A stretch of DNA of 64,000 nucleotides from Marsupella aquatica (lineage: Eukaryota > Plantae > Marchantiophyta): positions 2,161,324-2,225,323 of the forward strand of contig OZ316891.1 in assembly GCA_973895155.1 (NCBI GenBank). The letters run 5' to 3'. Both the position numbers and the translations under genes were made by a program. A model generated the notes under the pieces. It had not been told where the DNA came from and ran no database searches. It worked only from the letters and a program-made list of their open reading frames with translations. The number at the start of each line of letters is the position of its first letter. Within the stretch, counting starts at the first letter, position 1. This document shows positions 52,464-63,704 of this stretch, piece by piece.

Positions 52464-54005
52464 AACCTTCCACGTGAAAGAGTTGTGAATGCATCATCAC
52501 GATCAAACCCATACTTTTGACAATAAAGGAATCCAAAAATTATGTCCGCTCCAGATATAGGAGTATCTTCTAGCAAATTACTTGTAGTAAAACCCTCGGG
52601 GAAGAACCCCATTGATATCACGCTCAGTTGTTTCCTGGCTGCACGTTCAATGTTAAGATCGCAAGAGTAGTTTTTGGCGTGAAGTCTAATTAGAGCCCAC
52701 TTCCCTATCTTGTGGTTCTCCACCGTCAAAACCATGTCCTTACCGTTACTCGTCACAATAGAAACAACAGGCCCTAGAAGGCTGCACACTAGAGGATCGA
52801 CTGATGGAGACCTCGTCTTCACACAAATAATAGTTCCTTCCATGTCTTCAGTTTCAGCAAGCTCAATGGCCCAACAGAATCCAAATAAACCCTATCCAGG
52901 GCAGGAAACCTCAATTGCATGTTCATCTTCGACTACCAAATTAGGCGATCCCAATTTTGCACCTGGTATAGCCAAAATGTAGCAATTGTCAGAAATATGT
53001 ACTACAAAACCAAAAAACAAATAGGTGGTTCGAGATGATCTCGATCTTCCTTTTAAGTTTAATAGTCTGACATGTTCCAATGCCATTTCATCCGTGGAAT
53101 TTAAAAAGAGATTTCAAACCCAAGAAATCTAAAAAGATAACACAATAGTTAGGAAACACAATAGGCTCGAGATGATCTCGAGCCACCATCTGTTTAAAAG
53201 AAAAAGATAAGGGCTCGAGATAATCTCGATCCTCATATATATCAGTTGAGGTTTTATTCCATTGCATATCATGAACCAGTCAAATTTAACGAACAACATT
53301 TTCAAGAATGATCCAATGTCACCTATTCGACCACATTCAAAACCCTCTAACTCAGTGGTTTGTCATCTTCACAAACGAGTTGGAGGACTAAGAAAGTGGT
53401 CCAAAAGGCAAGCTTGGATCACAATGAAAAGGATATTAGTAATTCAAGTAGACGACATGGAGTCCTTCCAACTGGAAGAAATTGGCCAAGGGATACGAAT
53501 GACCATAATGGAAGATGGTGAGGGATATATTTGGCTTGAGACGATCTCGAGCCTAACATGTCAAACGAGTGATCCAAATATCATATTCAACAATGAACAT
53601 CATATTCAATCAATGATTAAAATTCACTTTCTCCATTGACTTCTAATACCCACAAACCCGTTCGGATGTCAATGATCAGAACGAGTTGGAGGGTACAGAA
53701 GTCCTTGGAGGAAGGAAATTTTAGATATTTTGGATATATGATGTTTCACTTTTGAAGGATAAGCTAAGGGTTTCCAACTTGAAAAAACTCACTAGGTCAC
53801 ATGCAGGAATTGCATATTGGCTCGAGACGATCTCGAGCCTCATGCCACTTACATCAAATGCAAAATCAATTGATAGATCACAACTTTTGAAGCAAAGTAT
53901 TGCAAAAAACATCAATAGGCTCGAGATGATCTCGAGCCTCAACTGCATCCAAGGAATCCAGAAACAAGTGGACCAATTGAAGCTCAAGACGATCTCGAGT
54001 TAAAC

Positions 54006-54150
54006 CTGAACAGAACAAAGATGATGAATTACGTTTAATGGTGCGATGGATCTGATGCGCTGAGTCTAGATGGGTCTGAAGCTCTTCGCCAACGGTTGCA
54101 AGATTGTACTCAACGAAGTCCTCCTTGGAGAAATCTACAACAGTCGACAT
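54006..54150 (-). pseudogene. Probable first coding exon of the cargo gene
   Basis: GCCATG start, MSTVVDFSKEDFVEYNLATVGEELQTHLDSAHQIHRTIKRNSSSLFCS, then a CAG|GTTTAA donor followed by motif-rich intron-like DNA. Confidence 0.45.
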
Positions 54151-54197
54151 GGCTGGTGAAGAGAGGAACGTACTACGGGCTGAGAACTTAAAAACAA

Positions 54198-54356
54198 ATC
54201 TCGAGCCTAAACAGAAAATCTCGACCCTATCGAAGCTTGAGCCTAAACACAAAATCTTGACCCTATAAAATCTCGAGGAAGAAACCTAATCTCGACCCTC
54301 TGCAATCTTGAGGCTAATACAAGGATCTCGAGGCAAGAGCGCGAAACAATCTAGAG
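54198..54356. repeat. Array of nine ATCTCGAS half-sites
   Basis: Starts at 54198, 54218, 54234, 54254, 54270, 54289, 54305, 54325 and 54349 (mostly alternating 20/16-bp spacing). Confidence 0.8.
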
Positions 54357-55518
54357 GCAAGGAGGCAAGGGATGCGAGGAGGCGAGGAGGCAAATGTGAA
54401 AATGGGGAATTCAAAACCCCTGAAGCCACTATAAGCCCCTCGGGGGTCGGCCTTGGCCGTGCCAAGTGTGCCAGGGCTCGTGCAGGCTCAGGCAGGCTGC
54501 AACCTGCTGGGTGCGTACAGTCATTATTACGGTCACACGTGTTATCATTATTGTTATCCGTACTTCAGCCCTGCCGCGAGTTTAGCCATGACACAAGTTC
54601 ATCCAAGCCGTCTTAATGGCCTTTTTGTCTGTCAGGGTTTTATATATTGCTTCTCTTTGGTCTCCAGCGGGTCATTCTTCTCATTTCGTTTCATTGCTCG
54701 CTCGTTTCTCCCTCTGCCTCTCTCTGCTCTCTCTCTCCCTCTCCCTCTCTTTGGCTCTAGATTTCTGCTCTGATCTCTTTCTGTTGTTCTTTTCAAGCCT
54801 GGTTGTGGACTCTACGTTTGTGTTTAGGATATTTTGAGAAATTCTCATTTTAAGCCCTGAAGGAGGTCTAAAATAATTGAGCTCCTATCTTTTAGAAAAC
54901 CAAACCTTTTCAGCTTATACTAGTGTCGGTCAAAATCCATTTGGAAGCCTTTTCCCTCTATTTGATGGCCTTTTAGAAGCTATTTCTCAGTGTCTGGAAG
55001 TAAACTAGGAGCCTACTTTCTTAATTGCACCAAATCATTCCTCTAGATCATCTAGAACCATTTATATGTTCTTATTTTGGGTGGCTTATTATTCATGATA
55101 GTTTCTTTGTCAAATACAATGTCCTTTTTGGCTTGAGATCATCTCGAGTCATAAGTTTGATCCACAAACTTATTCACTTTTGCCTTCTTTCTAATGGTGC
55201 ATTCAGTTTTCCTTCTTATAATTGAGTTTGTAGAGAGTCGGAGGTATAGAATCTGAATTCAGTATTTAGTGAGATTTCATATTTTACCTCGAGATCGTCT
55301 CGAGCTATTTAATACTTCTGAATTTTTACATATTGGAGTTTTTGGTCCCTCTTCTACCTCGAGATCGTCTCGAGGTAGAAGAGTTTCTTATTTTCTCTAT
55401 CACACAATTTTGTGGGATAAATTTCTACACTTGGGTTTTTTGGTTTGTTTTTGTAGTCACTTTACCTCGAGATCATCTCGAGGTAACTACATCCAACAGT
55501 TTGGACCACGTTTTCAAA

Positions 55519-58500
55519 ATGGGGATTTTCTTTTGAGGGGACAAGGTTTGCCTCGTAATCGATGGAGTGGAAGTTGCTTGCGGGACCGTCCTCAAGGTTG
55601 ACCCGGGTGACTCAGTGTGTAATGTTGATTTGGGAAGTAATCGTATAGGAGTTCTCATTGAGAAGTGCTATGAGGGATCATGGGAAATTCCTTACCCTTT
55701 GCCGCCGATCAGGACCCTGTTTGATGCTGTCGACTCCTGCATTATTTGGGATGCGTCTTTTGCATATTTGAAGTCACAGTCAACTCCAGCAACAACACAA
55801 ATGGATGCCTCTTGTTCTACAAAGGATACGGTTCCCGGTTTTGTACCAGACAAATCTTCGGTGGGAAGTTTTGGAGACTTGATTATATCTGGCGATGAAG
55901 TTGAGCTATGGATCGGCAATCAGATTGTGGCTCGTGGATTTGTGTTCAAGACGAATCCCGATGAGACCTGTCACAATGAAAGACTTGGCACTTCTAGGAT
56001 TAGTGTGAAAATATGTGAAGTTTTTCAAGGAAGGGAGAGGTTACCCTTTCCTCACAATGGAGCCGATACCGTTCAGGAAGCATTGGACACTTTTGTATTC
56101 TGGAATTTAAAGGATGTTACTCGGAGGAGTTCTTCCCAGGATATACTAAACGACCTGTCCACACGGGATGTTTTTTCAAATTATAATTTCAAGGATTATA
56201 GTTTGCGTTCTAATTGGATGACCGAGGAGGTGGAATTGTATGCTGAGGATAATTGGACCAAAGTGGGGGTTGGCATCATCACAGTTCCTTTCGAGTCAGG
56301 TGCAATTGATGATGATGTTCTTGGACCAGATCACGTTGGGGTTGCTGTCACACGCGTGATTGACCCTCTATTTTTCCCAAATATCTCCCCAGGAGTGCCT
56401 GGTCTTGTTAGGTGGGCCGTCCGTTCACTTCTGCTAATATCAAGGGGTATTTTTCTTCTGGATCTCATTGAAGAGGTTTCTCCAAAACCAATTATTGATG
56501 GTCGAGATCATCTAGAGGTAGATATGAAAGGTGACACTGAGTTTTCGAAGCGCCCGTATAATTTCATCAAGAGAACGAAGGTCAACCCAGATGAAAAAAG
56601 GAAGAAGCACTTGGAGTCTCGGGCGATACTGAAAATCACAGAGGAGGAAATCGACTCCATCCAAAGAGAAGGTCACTTGTTGTAAGTTGAAGTGTTGCCT
56701 CAGCATGCCGAGAGAAGACCTACAGGCGATAAGGAGGGAATACCATGGGATGTCAAGCGACAACAAAACCAGTCACATTCTCACTCTTTTTGGCTGTAGG
56801 GAGAAGGAAGTGGAGACAAAAAGATATTTCGTTGTAAGAAGTAGACTTGTTTGCAAGGGTGCTATTATTAAAATGCATGAATTCAGCACTGCCAAGTATT
56901 ATGATTACAAAAATCAATATGAAGCAGGTTGCACGGTTGGATTCCACGGAAACAAGGGTTCACACAAGACACGGGGAAGCACCTTGCATGCTCGTGCTTT
57001 GTTGGAGTCCATTCTAACCCAAAACGGAGAACCCATGCCACATCTTCCCTATGGAGGGTCTCACAGGACTGACACGGTTGAGTACAGACTTCCATCTTGT
57101 TTCACGAAGAAAGAGATTTTTGAGGAGGTATACTCAAAAATGGAATCAGATGGCTACGTGAAGGTGAGTGAAAAAACTATGTATAAACTCTGGAGTGAGT
57201 CCTTCATGAATTTTGACTTTCACAAGGGAAGTGCATTTGCAAAGTGTACACTTTGCACTGATTTCAAAGATCAGTTGATGCGGGAGAAGAGAAAGAAAGA
57301 GCGTTTAGAGATTGAGGAAAGAAGAGCTCGCCATCTTTGTGAGCAAATGTCTAGGAGATATGTTTACTATGCTCATAGGGTTCTTGCGAAGAAGGATCCT
57401 GAAAACTATCTTTGCATTATACATGACAAGATGGACCAGGCCAAGACATGGATCCCTAGGTTGGTCCCCACTCCTAAATCATTGTCTGGTAGTGGTCAAC
57501 CGCTCCCCATTGCGCTCACTGGGATGTTGACCCATGGAAGGGATCCCGGAGTGTATGCTCACTTCAGTTTCACTGGGCTTTGGCCGGGAGATGTAGACTT
57601 CACAGTGACATCATTGGCCAAGTGCCTTAGAGATCTGGAGGATTACAAGGGGGACAAATCTGGAGACCTCCTTGAAGGATTATATTGGGCTGCAACGAGG
57701 CCAATTTTTCAATCTCTTTTGGACTTTGAAGCGTTTCTCGCAGGTTACTTAGAACCCAAAAAAGTCTCAATTGCTAGATTTCAAGGAGCTGAAGATGACC
57801 AAGACGACTTTGGTGTTGATCCCAAGGCTACGTCTACCTCTTTCAAACCATTGCCAAGGCACCTGACCTTGCAAATGGATAATTCAGGGAAAGATAACAA
57901 AAACCAGTACGTGATGGCATTTTGCAATGAGCTTGTTAGTAGAGGGATTTTTGAAACAGTGCAGATGTCGTTTCTCATGGTTGGTCACACCCATGAGGAT
58001 GTCGATGCATTGTTTTTGAAAGTATCCAACCAAGTGAAGTACAAGGAGGTTTCTACCCTCTTGGGATTGATGGCTGAGGTTTGGGAGTGTGAAAGCATTC
58101 ATCCTGTCCCACGGTTGATCCAAGAGGTTGAAGAAATCATCCCATTCCTTAATCGTTACATTGAGTTTTTGAAGAAGAGTTGTAAGGATGAGACCTCTAC
58201 AACATATCGTGAGCGGTTTCCTTTGGTGAAATATTGGGAGATGGTGGTGCAAGTATTATCTGGGGAGCTTACAATTGAAGGGGAGGTAGAATACAATTAG
58301 CATTGACATATGAATTCTGGCCAAAAACCAACCACGGAACTGGTAACAAGGTTAATAATACAAGAACCTCTGAACCATTGGGGGAGCCTAGTAGTAGTAC
58401 ACAGAATCCACAAATGGTGGAGCTTCAGAATGAGTACCTGGAAGAGATGGAGGAAGAGTTAGGATGTTTCCGACTCACAATATAATCAAGCTGCAACATT

Positions 58501-58996
58501 TGTTGGCGCTCGACACGAGCGAGAACTTGCACGTTGGATTCCTCTGCAGGACATTCAAGAGGGTCACTTTGTATTTCTCCTTCCAGAGGATGAATGGGAA
58601 AAGAAGAATGGGAAAGAACGTTTCTGGTTGGTGAGAGCTTTGGGTGTTGTGGACCCAAACCATGAAGTTCCTTCAGGAGACTTGTAATGCAATGAGAATT
58701 CTCCTACTAGTACACGGTATGCTCCTATGTTCCAAGTGCAATGGTGGAGGCCTAAACATGGTAAGCATGATGCATCGGATCATGATGTGTGATATTCACG
58801 TTGCTTTCAGACCACTAAGACTTGGGAGGTGGATCCTGGGTTTGATAGTGCCACTGAACGTTGGAAATTTGCTAATTCTGCTATGTATGGATTCAAGTCA
58901 CGCTCAAGAGAAGAAAATATAATTGTTAGAGGTTTGACCATTCCCAAGAATGTTTTGAAAACACTCAAAACCTACATGGAAGGGATTGTTGAGTAA
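55519..58996 (+). pseudogene. DDD-type transposase (Sola1/DUF7869-like) with three N-terminal Tnp1/En/Spm-like domains
   Basis: ATG at 55519 (TGA at 55534); frameshifts near 56680 and 58300. Motifs AKCTLC, IHDKMDQAK, LQMDNSGKDNKNQY, FLMVGHTHEDVDALF. C-terminal FWLVRA...FQVQWWRP; stop at 58994-58996. Confidence 0.8.
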
Positions 58997-59022
58997 GTCA
59001 AATGTTTTTTAGTAGTCACTCT

Positions 59023-59118
59023 GTCAGAGTGAGGGAGTCTATGTCATTTAGTTTGGAATTAGACATGTCAGAGTGAGGGAGTCTAATTATGTCAATTAGT
59101 TTGGAATCAGACATGTCT
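59023..59118. repeat. ~43-bp tandem duplication
   Basis: TGTCAGAGTGAGGGAGTCTA..TGTCAwTTAGTTTGGAATyAGACA occurs twice. Confidence 0.85.
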
Positions 59119-60954
59119 TTAGTACTTACTGTTGGTTAGTACTAAGTAGTATATCTATTTAAGTAACTAATTATTATAATATTTTGGGATACTAGTTTGT
59201 ATAGGTGGAGGTAATTGGACTTGGATGCCTTTATAATATCAATACAGACTATATATTACATGAAGTCTTAATATCCATGATAGGATGTGAGTGCCTCTTA
59301 GTACTGTCTAGTAGTAAACCTTAGTTTCAACTCAAGTTGCTTAGAATGTAACAAATTACTTGTCTGAATGGATAGTAAGCCAGGTATCATTCAAATTTAA
59401 TATATTAAATGCTCTCAATTAGTAACTAAGTAGAAGGTTAATTTAGCTAGCTAAGGGTAGAGATCATATTATTTGAAGCTTTACTAGTTATATGGGTAGA
59501 GATCATATTGAAGCTTTACTAGACACTTATATTCTATTAGTCAAATTGAATCAATGTAAGTAAGTTCTACTTCTTATCCAATATATTTTACATTATTATC
59601 ACCCAAATGTTTTTCTTTAGAATCCAAATTAATATTTAAATTTCTCCTATGTTCAATCTTGATCCCCCAAATGTACAACTCCCACTGCCCAAATGTACAA
59701 CTCCCACTGCCCAAATATATATTTTTTGGTGCCTAAATGTCCAAAGATCAAAGAATTTTCCAATTTTAATGAATAGACTGATACCGTCTCTTCGAGATCT
59801 TTCCAATGCCATATTATATGTGAGTTTTCATTATGATTTGACTCAACAATGTCAAATCAAAAATTGCTGCCAGGAAATTTATGTTTTGAATAAAATCAAA
59901 ATGTAAATTAAATTGTACGTTACTAGGAGCAGTTTTACCTCAATCTTTTTGTCTTTTGATTTGCATGTCAGTTTTTTTACATTCTTTTTTACGGCACGAC
60001 GTCCCAATTTTTATAGCAAAGTTTCCACAAACACGAATGCAGAAGTTAATTTTATCCAAAAAAGAGTCTCTTCCTGTTTGCAGCGTGCCATGATCATGTG
60101 ACATGCTGTGGACCCTGGAATTTTGGAAATGACATGTTAGGCATTACCACGTGTACTGTTCACATGTTCCAATGAAGAATTCATGTGTGAATCAATAATA
60201 TTATGTTTCATATTTATTATTGCAAGCACTATATGATCTTCAGTTGGGGGATGACTACCAAGACCTGTAGGAGCCAAGCTCTATCCAAAATAGGTGTTAT
60301 CAACGGAAATGAGATACAATTGTAAAAATCAAACTATGAGGTGAAAGAAAACATTATAACCTCAAATTTATAGAATATTGTGTCATAAATATATTCATTC
60401 TTTAAAGTAAATCAGGTCATCAATATTAAAATAGAGAATATTCCTAGAGTAATCTATTTGTAAACTAGAATTATTTATATTATTTAGTCTAATATCACAT
60501 GTGGCACCTCAAAATATAAACTAACTTAGCCTCCAAAAGATGTCATCCGTTTTGTCTAACATGCCCTGCTTTTGAACAACCCTTCTTACTTATAAAACTA
60601 CATTTGTATAATTTTGTGGTTGTTTCAATTAATTAAATTACAAATATTAGTCACAAATTGATAAATAGTACTTTTCCTTGAAATGATAAATAGTACTTTT
60701 GAAATGCATGCATGTGTTTTGGGGTTTCATTAAGGTGTGCTAGACATCTACCCTAGGGTCTAGAGCGGGTCTCGAGTTATTATGTAACCATAGTTAGTCT
60801 AGTCGTAGTTAGGTACTTGTCGATCAAGTTAGTTTGGATAGTTATGTTACTTTGTATATGGACAAGTCTGCACGTAGGAGTTAAAGAGCTTTGTATATGG
60901 ACAAGTAGGAGAGCTTGTGATCCAGAGACTTGGTATGATCTACACATCCTCGTA

Positions 60955-61058
60955 CACACCTAGATTGCAATAAAACTCTAGGGTAGCCACAAAGGGGAGG
61001 ATACCCACACCTAGATTGCAATAAAACTCTAGGGTAGCCACAAAGCGGAGGATACCCA
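60955..61058. repeat. 51-bp tandem duplication
   Basis: CACACCTAGATTGCAATAAAACTCTAGGGTAGCCACAAAGsGGAGGATACC occurs twice. Confidence 0.9.
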
Positions 61059-61756
61059 GGAATCCGACAGGGACCCAAACCAGGTGAGGAGGGAGAGAGG
61101 GTTGAACCAGGGCCCCAAAGTGGGCCAGCCAGGGGCCAAGGAGAAAACAGTAGTCTCCCACAATTGCACCTCACCCACACATTCACACACATACCCTCCA
61201 CACCCCTAAGCTTATGTGTTAGTGGAGGGGGATTGAACATGGGACATTTAGTGATGAATGCTATGTCAACAGTAATTACATTTTGCATGTATTTGCAGAT
61301 ATCTCACCAAGACATAACTATTCAGAGCCTAGCTTACTACTCTAGCGTCAAAGTGTGCAATTCTAAGAACTAAGGTCTAGAATATGACAATTCCCTGCCC
61401 ACCCCCATCAAATTACAGACCACATAAACAGTCCAATGTGGAAGAAGCACTCCACTCTGTATTATAACCTCGCGGTCAGGGGTAAGGCCCATTTGAGGCT
61501 GGGAATTGTATGCTGAAAAGGGGCTTTGGGATCAGTGAAAACATGTTCCTCCGAAGATGCTCCTCTGGGAAAATCTTTTGTGAGAGAGAATGAGTGAATC
61601 ACTTTGGAGTCTGGTCACGGTAATAAGTAGGGGTCGGCAAGGGACTTGGACGCTCTTGTTAAACGAGGGGCCAGGCAAGGGACGAAATTGGATTCTACGA
61701 AAAGGCAGACACTTTTAGTAGTCGCTTCCCAGGCTCGGTGGCCTTGTGTTTTTAAA

Positions 61757-61833
61757 AGTTATTTAGTGATTCCTTTCGAATACAATGTTGTTTTATCTAA
61801 TTTGGGTATAGGTGTTTTCTTCTGGATCGCAGT
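61757..61833 (+). pseudogene. ndhA: Plastid ndhA fragment (NUPT, ~77 bp)
   Basis: Encodes SYLVIPFEYNVVLSNLGIGVFFWIAV, matching the NdhA SYLVIPF...IGVFFWIA segment; AT-rich codons embedded in unrelated DNA. Confidence 0.8.
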
Positions 61834-61962
61834 GGTTATAATAGCTAGGAGTCCGCTGGCCTGGAGAGATGTTGCAATTAAACAGAGGGGATTGTACATA
61901 CACAAATGGGAGAGACAGGTGGTACTATTGGTCATCCATTTGCTTGACAACTTGCCCCAACT

Positions 61963-62292
61963 CTCGGGGGGGGTCACTATGTGGAGGGCCATACATCGCG
62001 TGCAACGTTTTAGGGTTTGACCCCCCTAACTTATAAGTGAAAAAAAGTTTTTTGCAAAACCTTTTCTTTCTTTAAATTTTGTCATTTTTTTAGTAAAAAA
62101 CCCCTAAAAACTTTAAACAATTTTTTTTTGGCAATTAAATAGGTCTATGTGTTCTTTAAAGTTGACCAGTCAATAAAACATGTCCTATGTGTTCTTACAC
62201 TAAACTTTGGAAGCCTTTCGCCACACGCATTTAAATGGACCTATACTTCGTCGTACGTGATGCGCCACTTCCGTGGAAGTGACCCCCCCGAG
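61963..62292 (+). mobile_element. MITE, copy 2 (330 bp, 8-bp TSD)
   Basis: TIRs CTCGGGGGGGGTCACT...AGTGACCCCCCCGAG; exact TSD CCCCAACT at 61955-61962 and 62293-62300. Confidence 0.88.
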
Positions 62293-63704
62293 CCCCAACT
62301 CCAAGGAAAATTTAGAATAAATTAGAAATTACAACACCTGTGCCAAATGAGTAGATGAGAAAGAGGCAGGGAAGGGTAAAGCTTCTCACAATGTAGTAAC
62401 TCTGGATCTATTTTACTGAGATACCTGTGGGACATTTTGGATGACATATTGGGACATTTACTGCAGGGTGGTAGTTGTTGATTCAAATTAATCGATTAAA
62501 CAAGAAAGTCCTAGCTAGAAAGTAATGTAAGCCACAGACAATACTATAAGGAGTCTCAGTGAGTAGTAGCTGCTGGGAATCTACTGATCTTTAACTACTA
62601 ATCATGACGGGTGATGTTTAATGGTGAGGCAATGCTGAGATTCGTGACCATGCATTGAAACAAATTGAAGGATCTACTGATGTTCCGTGCAGCATCGTAC
62701 TGAGTCTAAATTCATAACGCTTAAATTCCTCAGGACACATTGAGGTCAAAATCCTCCCTGTACTAGCTGGAAATCTGGCAATGCAGAATGGCCTGATTAA
62801 CATATTGAATTTGAGTTTTGTCAAGTGGCCTCACAATAAGCTGGTAAACGATGAAAAAAGCTAGTGGTCTTAATCGACTTCTGTGCACTCGTGTGTCTTG
62901 TTATTGACTCTGAATCTTTCTTGCTGAAGGCACTGGATGATCCTTTACCAGCTATTTTGAGACTCAGCTACAGCAGAGGATGACATAAGAGAGAAAATAC
63001 ATAAGCCTCCAAGTATATAAGAAATTGGAGGAATCCAATGTAATTTCTACAGCTCGGGAAAGACAAGTTCCGCGAAGGAATTTGCACACCTTTTCTCACA
63101 TTGAATCCCGGATCAGGTTCGATAGAGTAGCTGGCAGCAATGGGCTGTCAAGCCAGCAGAGGAGCGCGCGCATCCTTTCAAAGATTGGACCTCCAACTTT
63201 ATCCAGCAAGCAAGACTGAGGTCTCACAAGCACGTTTGATCCAGCTGAGACACAGAAATTATTCAATCTTCTTTCCACATCAGCCCCCTTTCACCAAAAG
63301 AAATTCACGGTTTGATCCACGTGCCCAGAATTAGACACAATTTTTGCCCCATGCATCAGCCCAATTTTTCAATTACCACTTACTACCAGTATGCATTACA
63401 CTAGTGTTGTAGTGGGATTCGCTGTTGTAGATCTCATTCACTCAATGGGGGCGGCAAATCTGTCGTTCAAACACCACAAGGTTGTAGCTTCAGATTGACT
63501 TATTGAAGGACTCTATTTGGAAAATCCAAGTTGTTGACTTTCAGCGCATCCGTTTCGCTATTCCCAGAATTCATACTCCAGAATCCGACTTTTTCAATGT
63601 CAACTCCAGGTTCCATCTGCATTAAATTTACACCTGTTGCTCCATCAGCGCACTTTTGGAATTGAAAGTTCTGCTGACAATCTTCCCCTGGCGTTTCGTT
63701 AGTT

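Larger units (their letters stand above)
43500..59000. mobile_element. Large decayed DNA transposon (Sola1/DUF7869-like) with divergent transposase and cargo genes; termini not resolved
   Basis: Transposase on + (55519-58996), cargo gene on - (54150-43888), a shared palindrome family from 43638 to 56517, and AT-rich flanks. Only a short inverted match was found (CTATTCATTAAAAyTGGAA near 43193 vs its reverse complement near 59760-59778). Confidence 0.7.

Noticed and set aside
53029-55482. XhoI linker/cloning artefact or CRISPR repeats explaining the CTCGAG palindromes
   Set aside because: Copies are diverged by transitions, irregularly spaced, strand-polarised and placed mostly in non-coding DNA.
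41800-62292. The two MITEs as ends of one 20-kb composite element
   Set aside because: Each has its own distinct, complete 8-bp TSD; the outer flanks (GATTTAAA vs CCCCAACT) do not match.
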